Position numbers and translations under genes: made by a program. DNA of 64,000 bases, taken from contig JBEGVZ010000085.1 in assembly GCA_041178085.1 (NCBI GenBank), forward strand, positions 1-64,000. Direction: 5' to 3'. How positions within the stretch are numbered: the stretch's first letter is position 1; each line of letters starts with the position of its first letter. Shown piece after piece: positions 41,781 to 51,264 of this stretch. A model generated the notes under the pieces. That model ran no database searches, was not told where the DNA came from, and was given only the letters and a program-made list of their open reading frames with translations. This DNA comes from Pseudomonadota bacterium (GTDB taxonomy: Bacteria > Bdellovibrionota_B > Oligoflexia > Oligoflexales > RGVZ01).

Positions 41781-42486
41781 ACAGTTCAGCAGGGGCTTCT
41801 TGCACCCACCCCGCCGTGAATACCTCGCTGAGGTCCTTGCAAACCATCTTTGCGCCAGCGGCGTAAAGCTCCCCGGCATCGTGTTGGGAGGCTATGCCAA
41901 CCGGGCACATGCCGGCTTTTTTTGCCGCTGCCAATCCATGAATGCTGTCCTCGAACACAATCACCTCGCGATGAACTGTGTGTGAAATCCCTAGCCGCAT
42001 TGCGCACAAAAGAAAAACGTCCGGCGACGGTTTTGGATTGGCAACGTCTTCTACCGACACAACAAGTGGTGCCTGGATGCCGATCGCTTTTAACGTCTTG
42101 TCTATAAACGGGCGTGTGGCATTGCTGGCAATGCCCCAGGGTATCGATTGGCCAGACAACTGCTGAAACAGGTCGATCGTGCCGGGGAGTGGTTTGACGG
42201 CCACTCCGCCCTCGTCCAGGATCCTTCGTTTGAGCGCGGCCAACTCGGGCGCGCGAGTCAGTTGACCGGCTTCCCCGGCCAGAATCATGGCAATCGTACT
42301 GGTCGAATGACCAACCAAACGCGAAGGGTCCTTGAGATCCATGCGGAACAGTTGGCGGGTTGCTACTGACCAGGCGTCAATATGGACCGAGAGGCTGTCC
42401 ACCACGACACCGTCAAAGTCGAACAAGAACCCGGCAGCAGTGGTCACCTTGCAGCCCCCGACAAATATGCCCAAACCCTGTTTCAA
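41773..42486 (-). CDS. HAD family phosphatase (beta-PGM-like)
   Basis: FDFDGVVVDS, ASNA, PKPSPD, FEDSIHGLAAAKKAGM; start may be downstream. Confidence 0.9.
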   Translation of the reverse strand: MKQGLGIFVGGCKVTTAAGFLFDFDGVVVDSLSVHIDAWSVATRQLFRMDLKDPSRLVGHSTSTIAMILAGEAGQLTRAPELAALKRRILDEGGVAVKPLPGTIDLFQQLSGQSIPWGIASNATRPFIDKTLKAIGIQAPLVVSVEDVANPKPSPDVFLLCAMRLGISHTVHREVIVFEDSIHGLAAAKKAGMCPVGIASQHDAGELYAAGAKMVCKDLSEVFTAGWVQEAPAELFR

Positions 42487-42537
42487 ACCTTAACGGCTAT
42501 CGTGTATGCTGACAACTCCGGCTGGGAGAGCCCGAGC

Positions 42538-43134
42538 ATGGTAAGAAAATTATCAAAATCAGTCATTTGGTTGTTGGTCATGATCCTGGCGAACATTGTC
42601 CTCGACCAGGCCAGCAAGGTTCACGCTGAACGCAACCTCCGCGTCTGGGAGGACCCGCTTGACCTGACGGCATACCGTGGCCGGCGGGTTCCGCTGGCCA
42701 CGATCGGCAACGAACAGGACCCGACGGGCAAGGCCAACTATGTTTCGTTTAACTTGAACTATGTACGCAACCAGGGGGCAGCCTGGGGGATGCTGGCCAA
42801 TGCCAAGGAACAATTCCGCGTTCCCTTTTTTTACATCGTGACGTTGATTGCGATGGTAGCGATTGCCTTTTATTTCCGGGCGACTCCTCCACACCATAAG
42901 CTTGCCCGCTATGCTCTTGCCCTTGTTTTCAGCGGTGCGGTCGGCAATTTCATAGATCGCGTTCGCCTTGGCTACGTGATTGACTGGATCGACGTGCACT
43001 GGAATTTCATCGGCTGGCAGTATTACTTCCCCAATTTCAATGTCGCGGACGCCGCTATCTCGGTGGGTGTAGCGTTGCTGCTCGTGGACACGATTTTGCT
43101 TGAGCGCCAGCGTCAGAAGCGGTCTGCAGCCTGA
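42538..43134 (+). CDS. lspA: Lipoprotein signal peptidase II
   Basis: DQASK, NQGAAWG, GAVGNFIDR, VIDWI, FNVADAAI; start trimmed to MVRKLS. Confidence 0.96.
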   Translation: MVRKLSKSVIWLLVMILANIVLDQASKVHAERNLRVWEDPLDLTAYRGRRVPLATIGNEQDPTGKANYVSFNLNYVRNQGAAWGMLANAKEQFRVPFFYIVTLIAMVAIAFYFRATPPHHKLARYALALVFSGAVGNFIDRVRLGYVIDWIDVHWNFIGWQYYFPNFNVADAAISVGVALLLVDTILLERQRQKRSAA

Positions 43135-43160
43135 GCTTTTCACCGGGTTGAGCGCAGCCA

Positions 43161-43193
43161 AGTACATTCAGACGTACTCTCAAGAGTACATTC
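43161..43193. promoter_or_regulatory. Candidate operator upstream of the Clp ATPase
   Basis: Inverted repeat GTACTCT-ca-AGAGTAC (43174-43189) overlapping direct repeat AGTACATTC (43161, 43185). Confidence 0.5.
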
Positions 43194-43207
43194 CAGGGTA
43201 AGAGCAG

Positions 43208-45664
43208 ATGGCACAGAGTTTGTTGCGAAACTGCACCTCAAAAGTCGGCGAAGCCCTGCAAGCCGCCATCATGGAACTTGCCAACATGCAGAAGTCGGTT
43301 GTCACGGCCGAAGTGATGCTGTTGGCCCTGATGGATCAGAAGGATTCCATTGTCCTGAAGATATTCAATGAACTCCAGAAGGACGCTGGCGGACTGCGGC
43401 GTGAAATTGCCGATCGTGTCACTGCCCACATCCAAACCCTTCCCGACATCCAGGCCGGACGTACGAGTAGCATGCGGATATCTCAGGAGCTCAAGAACCT
43501 CTTTGACCTTGCCGATGCCCAGCGCAAGAAATTTGGTGATGACTACGTCTCGACAGGAACGCTTTTTGTTGCAGGTTTTGATCAGCAGGTTCCCGGTCTG
43601 CGTCAGCTTCTTCTCGACAGCGGCCTTGACTACGAGGGCTGCTTCAAGGCCCTCTCCGCCATCCGGGGCAACCTGAAGATTGACCAGAAGGACGACGAAT
43701 CACGGCAGAGTCTTCTTGAACAATACACAACCGACGTGACGGCAATGGCCCGGCGGAATGCACTCGATCCCGTGGTCGGGCGCGAACCTGAGATTGAACG
43801 GGTGATCGAGATTCTCTCGCGACGGAAGAAAAGCAATCCGGTCTTGATTGGTGAGCCGGGCGTGGGCAAGACCGTGATTGTCGAGGGTCTGGCCCAGCGA
43901 ATTGTCGACGCCAACGTACCCGAATACCTGCTCAACAAGCGGGTTCTTTCGCTTGAAATGGGGACATTGATTGCGGGCGCAAAGATGCAGGGGGAGTTTG
44001 AGGAACGACTCAAGACGATCGTCGATGAAGTCACGTCAACCGACGGTGAGATCATCCTGTTTATTGACGAATTGCACACAGTCGTTGGTACAGGCCGCAG
44101 TGGCGGCGGGCTGGACGCATCCAACATGCTCAAGCCAGCCCTTGCAAAGGGCGTTCTACAGTGTATCGGTGCGACAACCCTTCGTGAGTACAAGCAGTTC
44201 ATCGAATCGGACAAGGCGCTTGAACGCCGCTTCCAGCCCGTTCGTGTCGAGCAGCCGACCGTTGAGCAGACAATTTCGATCCTCAAGGGTCTTCGGCCAA
44301 GATACGAAGCGCACCATGAAATTGAATACACGGACGAGGCGTTGACGGCGGCGGCGGAACTTTCTGATCGTTATCTGACCGACCGTTTTTTGCCAGACAA
44401 GGCAATCGACCTGATTGACGAGGCCGGGGCAAAGAAGCGCCTAAAACTGATCCACACTCCCCAGGCCTTGCGCGCCCTTGAGACAAAAAGGCAGGAACTC
44501 CTTGGCAAGAAATCGGACGCCTTCAAGGCCCAGGACTTTGAACGCATGGCAGCCCATCAGATGGAGCTCTCCAGGACGGAATCTTTGATCGCTACAGAGC
44601 GGGCAAAGGTGCAGTCGGCGCTTGGTGAAAAAGATCGTCGCGTTGATTCCCAGGACATTGCGGCCGTGGTCCATCGACTGACTGGGATTCCAGTCGAGAA
44701 GATGATGTCGGTCGAGGCGGAGCGACTACGCAACCTCGAACAGAGGTTTCAGGCGCGCGTTGTCGGTCAGTCCCACGCAGTCGCTTCAGTCGCCAATGCG
44801 ATTCGCCGTAACCGTGCGGGCCTTAGAAAACCCAATGCACCGATCGCCTCATTCCTTTTTCTTGGGCCGACCGGGGTTGGCAAAACAGAGCTGGCAAAAG
44901 CAATTGCAGCGGAATTGATGGACGATGAATCACGCATTATCCGGATCGACATGTCCGAATACATGGAAAAGCATACGGTGTCGCGCCTTGTCGGATCCCC
45001 GCCAGGATATGTTGGCTACGGCGAAGGTGGGCAGTTGACGGAGAAGGTCCGTCAGCATCCCTACTCTGTTGTCCTGTTCGATGAGTTTGAGAAAGCCCAT
45101 CCAGACATCTACAACATCCTTCTCCAAGTACTTGACGAAGGCTGGTTGACTGACGCGGAGGGACAGCGGGTCAGTTTTCGCAACTGCGTCATCATCGGAA
45201 CGTCAAACATCGGATCAGAGCACCTGACCCAGAAGCGCCGACCAGTTGGGATCGCAGCCCAGGCAGAACCAATCGACGCTGCGGCCGAGAAGGCCCTGGT
45301 CATGGGAGAAGTAAAAAACTTCTTACGCCCCGAATTTATTAACCGGTTGGATGAGATCATCGTCTTCGGCCGCCTTGGGGCGGAAGAACTTGAACGCATT
45401 CTTGACATGCAGCTGGACGCACTGTCGAGCAGGCTTGGCAAGATTGGCTACTCGCTGGAACTTTCTGCGGCTGCGCGCAAGGGACTGCTTGAGGGGATCG
45501 ATGCCAGCACCTACGGTGCACGCCCCTTGCGGCGTCGGTTGGAGCAGACGATCGAGAATCAGATGGCCAGCTTGCTTGTCTCCGAGAATCCGCCGCCTCA
45601 GGGAAAGATCAAAGTGGACTATCAGGGCGGCGTATTCCAACTCACCCCGCAGCTACGGGCTTGA
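43208..45664 (+). CDS. clpC: ATP-dependent Clp protease ATPase subunit, ClpC-type
   Basis: Clp N domain, two AAA+ modules ([16 protein letters not shown]), short UVR-like middle domain [18 protein letters not shown] loop at the ClpP-docking position. Confidence 0.8.
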   Translation: MAQSLLRNCTSKVGEALQAAIMELANMQKSVVTAEVMLLALMDQKDSIVLKIFNELQKDAGGLRREIADRVTAHIQTLPDIQAGRTSSMRISQELKNLFDLADAQRKKFGDDYVSTGTLFVAGFDQQVPGLRQLLLDSGLDYEGCFKALSAIRGNLKIDQKDDESRQSLLEQYTTDVTAMARRNALDPVVGREPEIERVIEILSRRKKSNPVLIGEPGVGKTVIVEGLAQRIVDANVPEYLLNKRVLSLEMGTLIAGAKMQGEFEERLKTIVDEVTSTDGEIILFIDELHTVVGTGRSGGGLDASNMLKPALAKGVLQCIGATTLREYKQFIESDKALERRFQPVRVEQPTVEQTISILKGLRPRYEAHHEIEYTDEALTAAAELSDRYLTDRFLPDKAIDLIDEAGAKKRLKLIHTPQALRALETKRQELLGKKSDAFKAQDFERMAAHQMELSRTESLIATERAKVQSALGEKDRRVDSQDIAAVVHRLTGIPVEKMMSVEAERLRNLEQRFQARVVGQSHAVASVANAIRRNRAGLRKPNAPIASFLFLGPTGVGKTELAKAIAAELMDDESRIIRIDMSEYMEKHTVSRLVGSPPGYVGYGEGGQLTEKVRQHPYSVVLFDEFEKAHPDIYNILLQVLDEGWLTDAEGQRVSFRNCVIIGTSNIGSEHLTQKRRPVGIAAQAEPIDAAAEKALVMGEVKNFLRPEFINRLDEIIVFGRLGAEELERILDMQLDALSSRLGKIGYSLELSAAARKGLLEGIDASTYGARPLRRRLEQTIENQMASLLVSENPPPQGKIKVDYQGGVFQLTPQLRA

Positions 45665-45667
45665 GGA

Positions 45668-47944
45668 TTGCGAACCATGCGCGGGCTATTCCCAGTAGTG
45701 ACGGGCCTTATACTTAGCTGGCCTCGAGGGGCTTCGGCGGCAGTCGAGGATCGTGTCCTTGCGTCTCTTCGCGACGTCGAGGTGAAAGAGTCAGTCGATC
45801 AGAGGAATGATGTCGAGGCGCTGCGTAAAATGCATGCCGCTTCGCGGGGCGCCGGTCGGGCCCTGGCGGCACTCGGGCTGGGTGCCGCGCATGTGAAGGA
45901 ATCCCCGTCGGCTGCCTTGCAGCATATTTCTTTGGCCCGCGCGGGCCTTACCCGCCGTCCCGAATTCCAGACCGTTTTGAACTACTACGAGTCGATCGCC
46001 TTGAGCTCCCTCGGCTATTTCGAGCCAAGTAGCGAACTGCTCAAGCAGGAGATCACGTCTGGTCGCGCTGGCGATGGCTGGATACGGGCGCTCTACTCAA
46101 TTCTATTGATCAATCTCGTCCGCCAAGGGGATAACAATGGGTTTCTCACCCATTATGAATCATTCTCGCGCCGTTTTCCGGCTGCAAGGCGATACCAGAA
46201 ATTTGCAGTGCGTTTTGCCAAGGCTCTGGATTCCCGCCCTATGCGCGAAGGATTCGTCGCCGCGCTGGAAAGTCTTTCGCAGAGCTATCCTTATACGGCG
46301 GAATCTCAGTGGGCATTCCGCCGGTTACTTAGCTTGCAATGTGAAGATGACCCGGCGGCGCGAAAGGCTGGATTTTCCCGCGACCTTCTCGTTTCTCTAG
46401 GGCGTAACGGGGAGCTTGACGAAGGTATCCCGGACCTTGTCGGCACGCTTCTTCAAGGTCCTCTGAGGGACGGTCGCCGGGGTACCAGGAGACTTGATCC
46501 TGTTGAACTTATTGAATCACTGAACCGCTCAAGGCGCGGAGCACAGGCCCTCGAAATGGCCTTGGCGGAACTCAACCATGCGCGTCTTTGGCGGGACGAA
46601 AAACTTGAACAACGTCTTCTAATAGTTCTGGTTCGTATCTACTTCAACCAGCAGGACTACCTGTCGGCAGACCGGATGATTTCTACCATCCGGACAAAAT
46701 TTCCAGCGTTGCTGGAAAATCAGAAATTGCGCGAGCTTCTGGCGGAAAATTATTCCCGTCTGGGTTCCCACCGTTTAGCGGCTGGAGAATACGGCCTTCT
46801 CTCTGGGCGGCATCCGGGTAATCCCATGTACCCTTGGCTGGAATTCTGGTCGCTATACCGGGCAGGACTTTTTCCGGAGGCGAGCGCGGTGGCAGCGCGC
46901 AGCAATTTCGGCGGCAGCCTTGACCGTGAAGACGGCGCAGACATTCGTTACTGGCAGTCACGCATGCGGTTTCGAACCAACCCCGAGGCCGCACGCGCTC
47001 AGCTCAGTGAACTCATCGCCCAAAAGGGAGACAGCTATTACGCAATCATGGCCAGCCTTCGTTTGGGGCAGGAAATAAATCCTGTTGCTGCGGCACCCGC
47101 GCCAAATGACCATAGCAGGCCAGTCCAGAGTGCGATTGAAGTTGACGATTCGATTGCCCTCGATGAGCTCAGGCTGGCGGGCCTTTTTTTGGATGCGCGG
47201 ATGGTCGAGGCTGCCCGGTTTCAGATGGCGGGGATCTCCTGGGCTGACCAGGATGAAGAGGAAAGCATGGTGCTTGGGCAGTTTGCGTTTGCCGTAGATA
47301 ACTTCCGTGCCGGCCTCAGCGCAGCCAACAGGATGGCGTCGGATTCTGGAGCCCGTCCCAGGTCTCTCGAGGGTTTGACCAAAGACCGCGCATCGCGTGC
47401 AGTCTGGCGCCTTCTTTATCCGTTTGCTTATGCTCCGATGGTTGAGACCTTCGCGCGTCAGGCAGGGATCGATAAATTTTTTGTGCTGTCTATCATGCGC
47501 ACGGAAAGTCATTACAATCCCGAGGCACAGTCCCCGGTAGGAGCTCAGGGCCTCATGCAGATCATGCCCGCCACCGCCGTGCGGCTGGCGCGCCTGCTTG
47601 GTGACCCAGGTTTCGCTATCACCAGCCTTCGTGAGCCCAAGGTCAGCGTCGCTTATGGCACTTATTATCTCTGGAAACTTCTTCGGTATTATCAGGGAAA
47701 TTATGGGCTTGCGGCTGCCGCTTACAACGCCGGACCAATTGCGGTCAACGTCTGGCTGGAGGCCTGCCGGGGCTGCGAGATGGACGAGTTTGTTGAATCG
47801 ATTCCCTACCGCGAGACGCGCCGCTATGTGAAGACGGTCTTGAAAAACCTGGTGACCTATCGCTCCATTTATGCGGGGACGCCCTTTTCCTCTGCGGATG
47901 TGAAGATGCCCACTCAATTGGCCGAGGGCGAAATTCTGTTCTGA
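45668..47944 (+). CDS. Soluble lytic transglycosylase (Slt70-like; helical repeats + SLT domain)
   Basis: Signal peptide; IMRTES, GAQGLMQIMPATA, AAYNAG, ETRRYVK. Confidence 0.92.
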   Translation: MRTMRGLFPVVTGLILSWPRGASAAVEDRVLASLRDVEVKESVDQRNDVEALRKMHAASRGAGRALAALGLGAAHVKESPSAALQHISLARAGLTRRPEFQTVLNYYESIALSSLGYFEPSSELLKQEITSGRAGDGWIRALYSILLINLVRQGDNNGFLTHYESFSRRFPAARRYQKFAVRFAKALDSRPMREGFVAALESLSQSYPYTAESQWAFRRLLSLQCEDDPAARKAGFSRDLLVSLGRNGELDEGIPDLVGTLLQGPLRDGRRGTRRLDPVELIESLNRSRRGAQALEMALAELNHARLWRDEKLEQRLLIVLVRIYFNQQDYLSADRMISTIRTKFPALLENQKLRELLAENYSRLGSHRLAAGEYGLLSGRHPGNPMYPWLEFWSLYRAGLFPEASAVAARSNFGGSLDREDGADIRYWQSRMRFRTNPEAARAQLSELIAQKGDSYYAIMASLRLGQEINPVAAAPAPNDHSRPVQSAIEVDDSIALDELRLAGLFLDARMVEAARFQMAGISWADQDEEESMVLGQFAFAVDNFRAGLSAANRMASDSGARPRSLEGLTKDRASRAVWRLLYPFAYAPMVETFARQAGIDKFFVLSIMRTESHYNPEAQSPVGAQGLMQIMPATAVRLARLLGDPGFAITSLREPKVSVAYGTYYLWKLLRYYQGNYGLAAAAYNAGPIAVNVWLEACRGCEMDEFVESIPYRETRRYVKTVLKNLVTYRSIYAGTPFSSADVKMPTQLAEGEILF

Positions 47945-48076
47945 TCGCCTCACCACTGTTTGCAGATCTTCCCGTGAGCCCGTCAATGTTTTGACGCGCA
48001 AGTTTGCCGGATTGACTTGGTTTATGATCTTAAAAGGACTGGCCGTCTTTTCCGGCTGCGATCCAGGAGGAATGCC

Positions 48077-48613
48077 ATGGAAGAAAAGTGGATGTCGATC
48101 AACGACTACTCCCGTTCCTTTGCCATCTCCGACATGACGGTACGGCGCAGAATCCGCACCGGGAAATTGAAGGCGGTTTTGCGGGACGGCAAATATTTCA
48201 TTCACGTACCACCCGGGCACGCCCCGTTCGCCGAGGCAGATTACGGCAGCGCACCTAAGTTGCCTTCTGTTCCCGAGTTTATTCCGCCCCCGCCACCTGC
48301 GGGCCAGCTTTCTGGTGCGCAGGCGGCACGCAGTCATGGAGCCGAATACCGTCATGTGCCGCCGCATCTGGCGGCCTCAATCGCAACCCGCGATGCAGTG
48401 ACAGTTGCCGCGACCGACTTGCTCGCCTTCTGCGAGGGAGCCCTCAAAAGATTCGCCGATTTTGAAAGGCGGATTGTCGCCGAGAATCACAGCAAGATGC
48501 AGGCGCTTCAGCAGGAGATCAATGCCAAGAATCTTGAGCTCAAGCAGCTCAAGCAGCAGGTGGAAGATCTTCAGGTGCTGGTAAACCTGATGGAAAGCCG
48601 CCGCGGTTCATGA
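48077..48613 (+). CDS. HTH (MerR/excisionase-like) protein with C-terminal coiled coil
   Basis: SINDYSRSFAISDMTVRRRIRTGKL; Pro-rich linker; heptad-rich C-terminus; AGGAGG RBS before ATG 48077. Confidence 0.8.
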   Translation: MEEKWMSINDYSRSFAISDMTVRRRIRTGKLKAVLRDGKYFIHVPPGHAPFAEADYGSAPKLPSVPEFIPPPPPAGQLSGAQAARSHGAEYRHVPPHLAASIATRDAVTVAATDLLAFCEGALKRFADFERRIVAENHSKMQALQQEINAKNLELKQLKQQVEDLQVLVNLMESRRGS

Positions 48614-48636
48614 CGGGCAAACTTTCCGCCGGTCCG

Positions 48637-49818
48637 TCATCGAAAAAGCAGAAGTGAACCATCGCCGTAGCTAAACAACCTGTACCGCAGGTCAATCGCT
48701 TCCCGGTACATGCGATGTGCTTCATCGAGTCCAACCAGCGCTGATACCAGCATGAAAAGCGTCGACTTTGGCTGGTGGAAGTTGGTGACCAGTCCGTCAG
48801 CGACCCGTGGCTGAAAGCGGTCATGCCTGTTTCGTGGATAAATGAACAGGTTTGTCGCGTGCCACTGTCCTGCCAGCGATGCCGGGTCAACCCCGGATTC
48901 CGCCGCCATTGAAAAAAGACCCTCAACACAGCGAAAGGCAGTCGTACCCACACAGATGATTGCGCGACCGGATTTTTTCGCCTCGATAATTCCGGCGAGC
49001 GATTCCCGGGGTATTAGAAATTTTTCGTGATGCATCTGGTGCAGGGCAACGTCTTCCTGACGCACGGGCAGAAAAGTTCCGCCACCGACATGAAGAGTTA
49101 CCGGCACGGTTCCATGCCCAAGGTTGCGCAGCCTGCCCAGCAATCCCGTGGTGAAATGAAGACCTGCAGTTGGTGCTGCGACCGAACCCTTACTGGCAGC
49201 GTAAACGGTCTCATATCGTCCACGATCGGTCGTGGCAGTTTCCTTGTCGCCAGCTTTCCTGTGGATGTAAGGCGGAAGGGGTGTTTCTCCGGCTTCTTCA
49301 AGCCACCGGTGGAAGTCAAAGCCGTCGGTTCCTCGGCCGGGGCTGAATGTGATTTGGACAGCCGGGACCTCCCCATCAGCCGCAGGCTCTTCGATAGCAA
49401 GGATTTGTCCAGTGACCGGAGCCCTTGGGTCACGCACGACAGTGGCGGAGGTGCCGACCGGTGCAAAAAGGATTTCACTTCCCACTTTCAGTTTCTTTAG
49501 CGGCTTTGCCAGGGCGCGCCAGATGATGGATGGCCCCTGCGCGGAAAGCGGTTCGAGCAGAAATATTTCAATCCTCGCCCCGGTTTTCAAGAACCCGTGG
49601 AGGCGACTTTGCAAGACGCTGGTATCATTGAGAACCAGGACACTGCCCGCGGGCAGCACCGCAGGAAGATCCGAGAACTGGTGGTGACTGATTGCACCGT
49701 CGGCGGCGTGGACAAGCAGGCGCGAGGAGTCCCTCTCGGCAGCCGGAGTTTGCGCGACCAGCTCCGCAGGGAAGTCGAAATCGAAATCAGAAAGTTTGAG
49801 GAAGTTTTCTTCGTGCAT
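48637..49818 (-). CDS. queA: S-adenosylmethionine:tRNA ribosyltransferase-isomerase
   Basis: LSDFDFDFPAELVAQ, PLPPYI, GSVAAPTAGLHF, VGTT, TNFHQPKSTL, YRLFSYGD. Confidence 0.98.
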   Translation of the reverse strand: MHEENFLKLSDFDFDFPAELVAQTPAAERDSSRLLVHAADGAISHHQFSDLPAVLPAGSVLVLNDTSVLQSRLHGFLKTGARIEIFLLEPLSAQGPSIIWRALAKPLKKLKVGSEILFAPVGTSATVVRDPRAPVTGQILAIEEPAADGEVPAVQITFSPGRGTDGFDFHRWLEEAGETPLPPYIHRKAGDKETATTDRGRYETVYAASKGSVAAPTAGLHFTTGLLGRLRNLGHGTVPVTLHVGGGTFLPVRQEDVALHQMHHEKFLIPRESLAGIIEAKKSGRAIICVGTTAFRCVEGLFSMAAESGVDPASLAGQWHATNLFIYPRNRHDRFQPRVADGLVTNFHQPKSTLFMLVSALVGLDEAHRMYREAIDLRYRLFSYGDGSLLLFR

Positions 49819-49848
49819 GAGACCCTGAAAATTAAAGCCCTTGGCATA

Positions 49849-51264
49849 ATGCTGTTTTTTTTGGCAGTCACGGGCCTTTTTACCGACAGCCCCGTTCTGG
49901 CGGGAGAAATCTGCCCTCCTGCTTTTTACATCGCAGAACTGGTCAACGCGAGGGATGCCGCCCGGTCTTCTCTGAACCTTTACTCAAGAGATGTAACTGG
50001 CTGGCATCAAAGGGAGTTTGACAAGGTGGTCCTGTACCGTCCGCCCTTGCCGAGGAATTCGGCCGTTTCCTCCTCTCCGGTCTATGGTTATCGCCTTACC
50101 ACACCCTTTGCGTCTGGCAGGTTCCTTGTGGATTTCAAGGCCTCCGCTGCAACGGGCACAGCTCCCGGAGACACATTGCTCGTACCATCTGGTAGGCCCG
50201 GCGGGCTCCGGGCCACCCCTCGCGAGATCAGCCAGTTATTGCGATCGGCCGGTTGCAAGGAAGGTCTGGTTTCTGAGCTGGAATCGACGGGCTCCGGTGC
50301 GGACTTCGCCCCGCAATTTTTTTACCTGCTCAACTGCCCCAATATGAGAAAGCCCGGGGGTGGTGCCAACCCGGTGACTTTTCTTCGTGACTCGCTGCGC
50401 ATCAGCAGTGACGAGTTCAGCTACCACATGAACCGGAAGAACCAGATGCTTTTTGACCGCATGGAGATTGTCAGAAATCCCCAGGACCGTTCACCAAACG
50501 CCATCAGTTACCTGGAAAACGGAGCCTTTGATATTCGTGCTGACATCAAGAAATTTTTCACCATGCATTTCACGTCAGGTAATGTTGAGTCGAAGGTGGT
50601 TGCGCACCGCGAAGGACTCGCTGGAACCCAGGCCAGGTTAAGCTTTGATTTGAAGCTGCTTTTCCTGCGGCTGGACTTGCAGCTGCTCACCGATGTCATG
50701 TTTCTTCGGGACATGGCTTTTCTGCCGATGACCATGAAAATACCGGCGCACGCGGAAGATTATGTCCATCCAAACACGGGTGTTTTATACAGCTGGTTCA
50801 CGACCAAGGGGACCCACGTCCGCAGTGACTGGATGCACATGCCTCCCCGTCAGCGCTTTTCATCACAAGGGGAACTGAAGGCACGCGCGAACGAGGTGGC
50901 CGCAACACACTGTGAGCCCTCCGGCCAATGTTCTTTTCGCGCCGCTGTCGGCCGCACCGGGACGGAACCGGTTGTGGCGATGGAGATCAACATCCGCAGG
51001 GAGCTTTTACTCAAAGGTTTCTATCCCCAGTACGTTGCGGATGCATCTTCAGAGCAAGATGACCTGGGCTGGACGTGGGACGGGAAACAAGGAGACGGAC
51101 AGGTGCGCCAAGGGCTTTACTTTGAACTTTCCAGCCTGCCAAAGGGCGAACACGGCTTTGAAATATGGCTTCGCATCCTGCCGCCCAACGCATCCCGGGG
51201 CTCAGTTGCCTTTTGTCCCTCTCGCTGGAACGTAAGGGACATCAAGGTCAGCACTTCAAATTGA
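49849..51264 (+). CDS. Secreted hypothetical protein
   Basis: Long ORF with hydrophobic signal (MLFFLAVTGLFTDSPVLAG); start uncertain (GTG 49813 or ATG 49849). Confidence 0.65.
   Translation: MLFFLAVTGLFTDSPVLAGEICPPAFYIAELVNARDAARSSLNLYSRDVTGWHQREFDKVVLYRPPLPRNSAVSSSPVYGYRLTTPFASGRFLVDFKASAATGTAPGDTLLVPSGRPGGLRATPREISQLLRSAGCKEGLVSELESTGSGADFAPQFFYLLNCPNMRKPGGGANPVTFLRDSLRISSDEFSYHMNRKNQMLFDRMEIVRNPQDRSPNAISYLENGAFDIRADIKKFFTMHFTSGNVESKVVAHREGLAGTQARLSFDLKLLFLRLDLQLLTDVMFLRDMAFLPMTMKIPAHAEDYVHPNTGVLYSWFTTKGTHVRSDWMHMPPRQRFSSQGELKARANEVAATHCEPSGQCSFRAAVGRTGTEPVVAMEINIRRELLLKGFYPQYVADASSEQDDLGWTWDGKQGDGQVRQGLYFELSSLPKGEHGFEIWLRILPPNASRGSVAFCPSRWNVRDIKVSTSN

Noticed and set aside
46958..48367. 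Long antisense ORFs (469 aa here; also 5222-6154, 6306-7337, 11982-12848, 4032-4859)
   Set aside because: Shadow frames opposite well-supported genes in GC-rich DNA, with no recognisable motifs
48077..48613. Excisionase marking a mobile element
   Set aside because: No integrase or att context; the long coiled-coil tail and core-gene neighbours argue for a chromosomal protein
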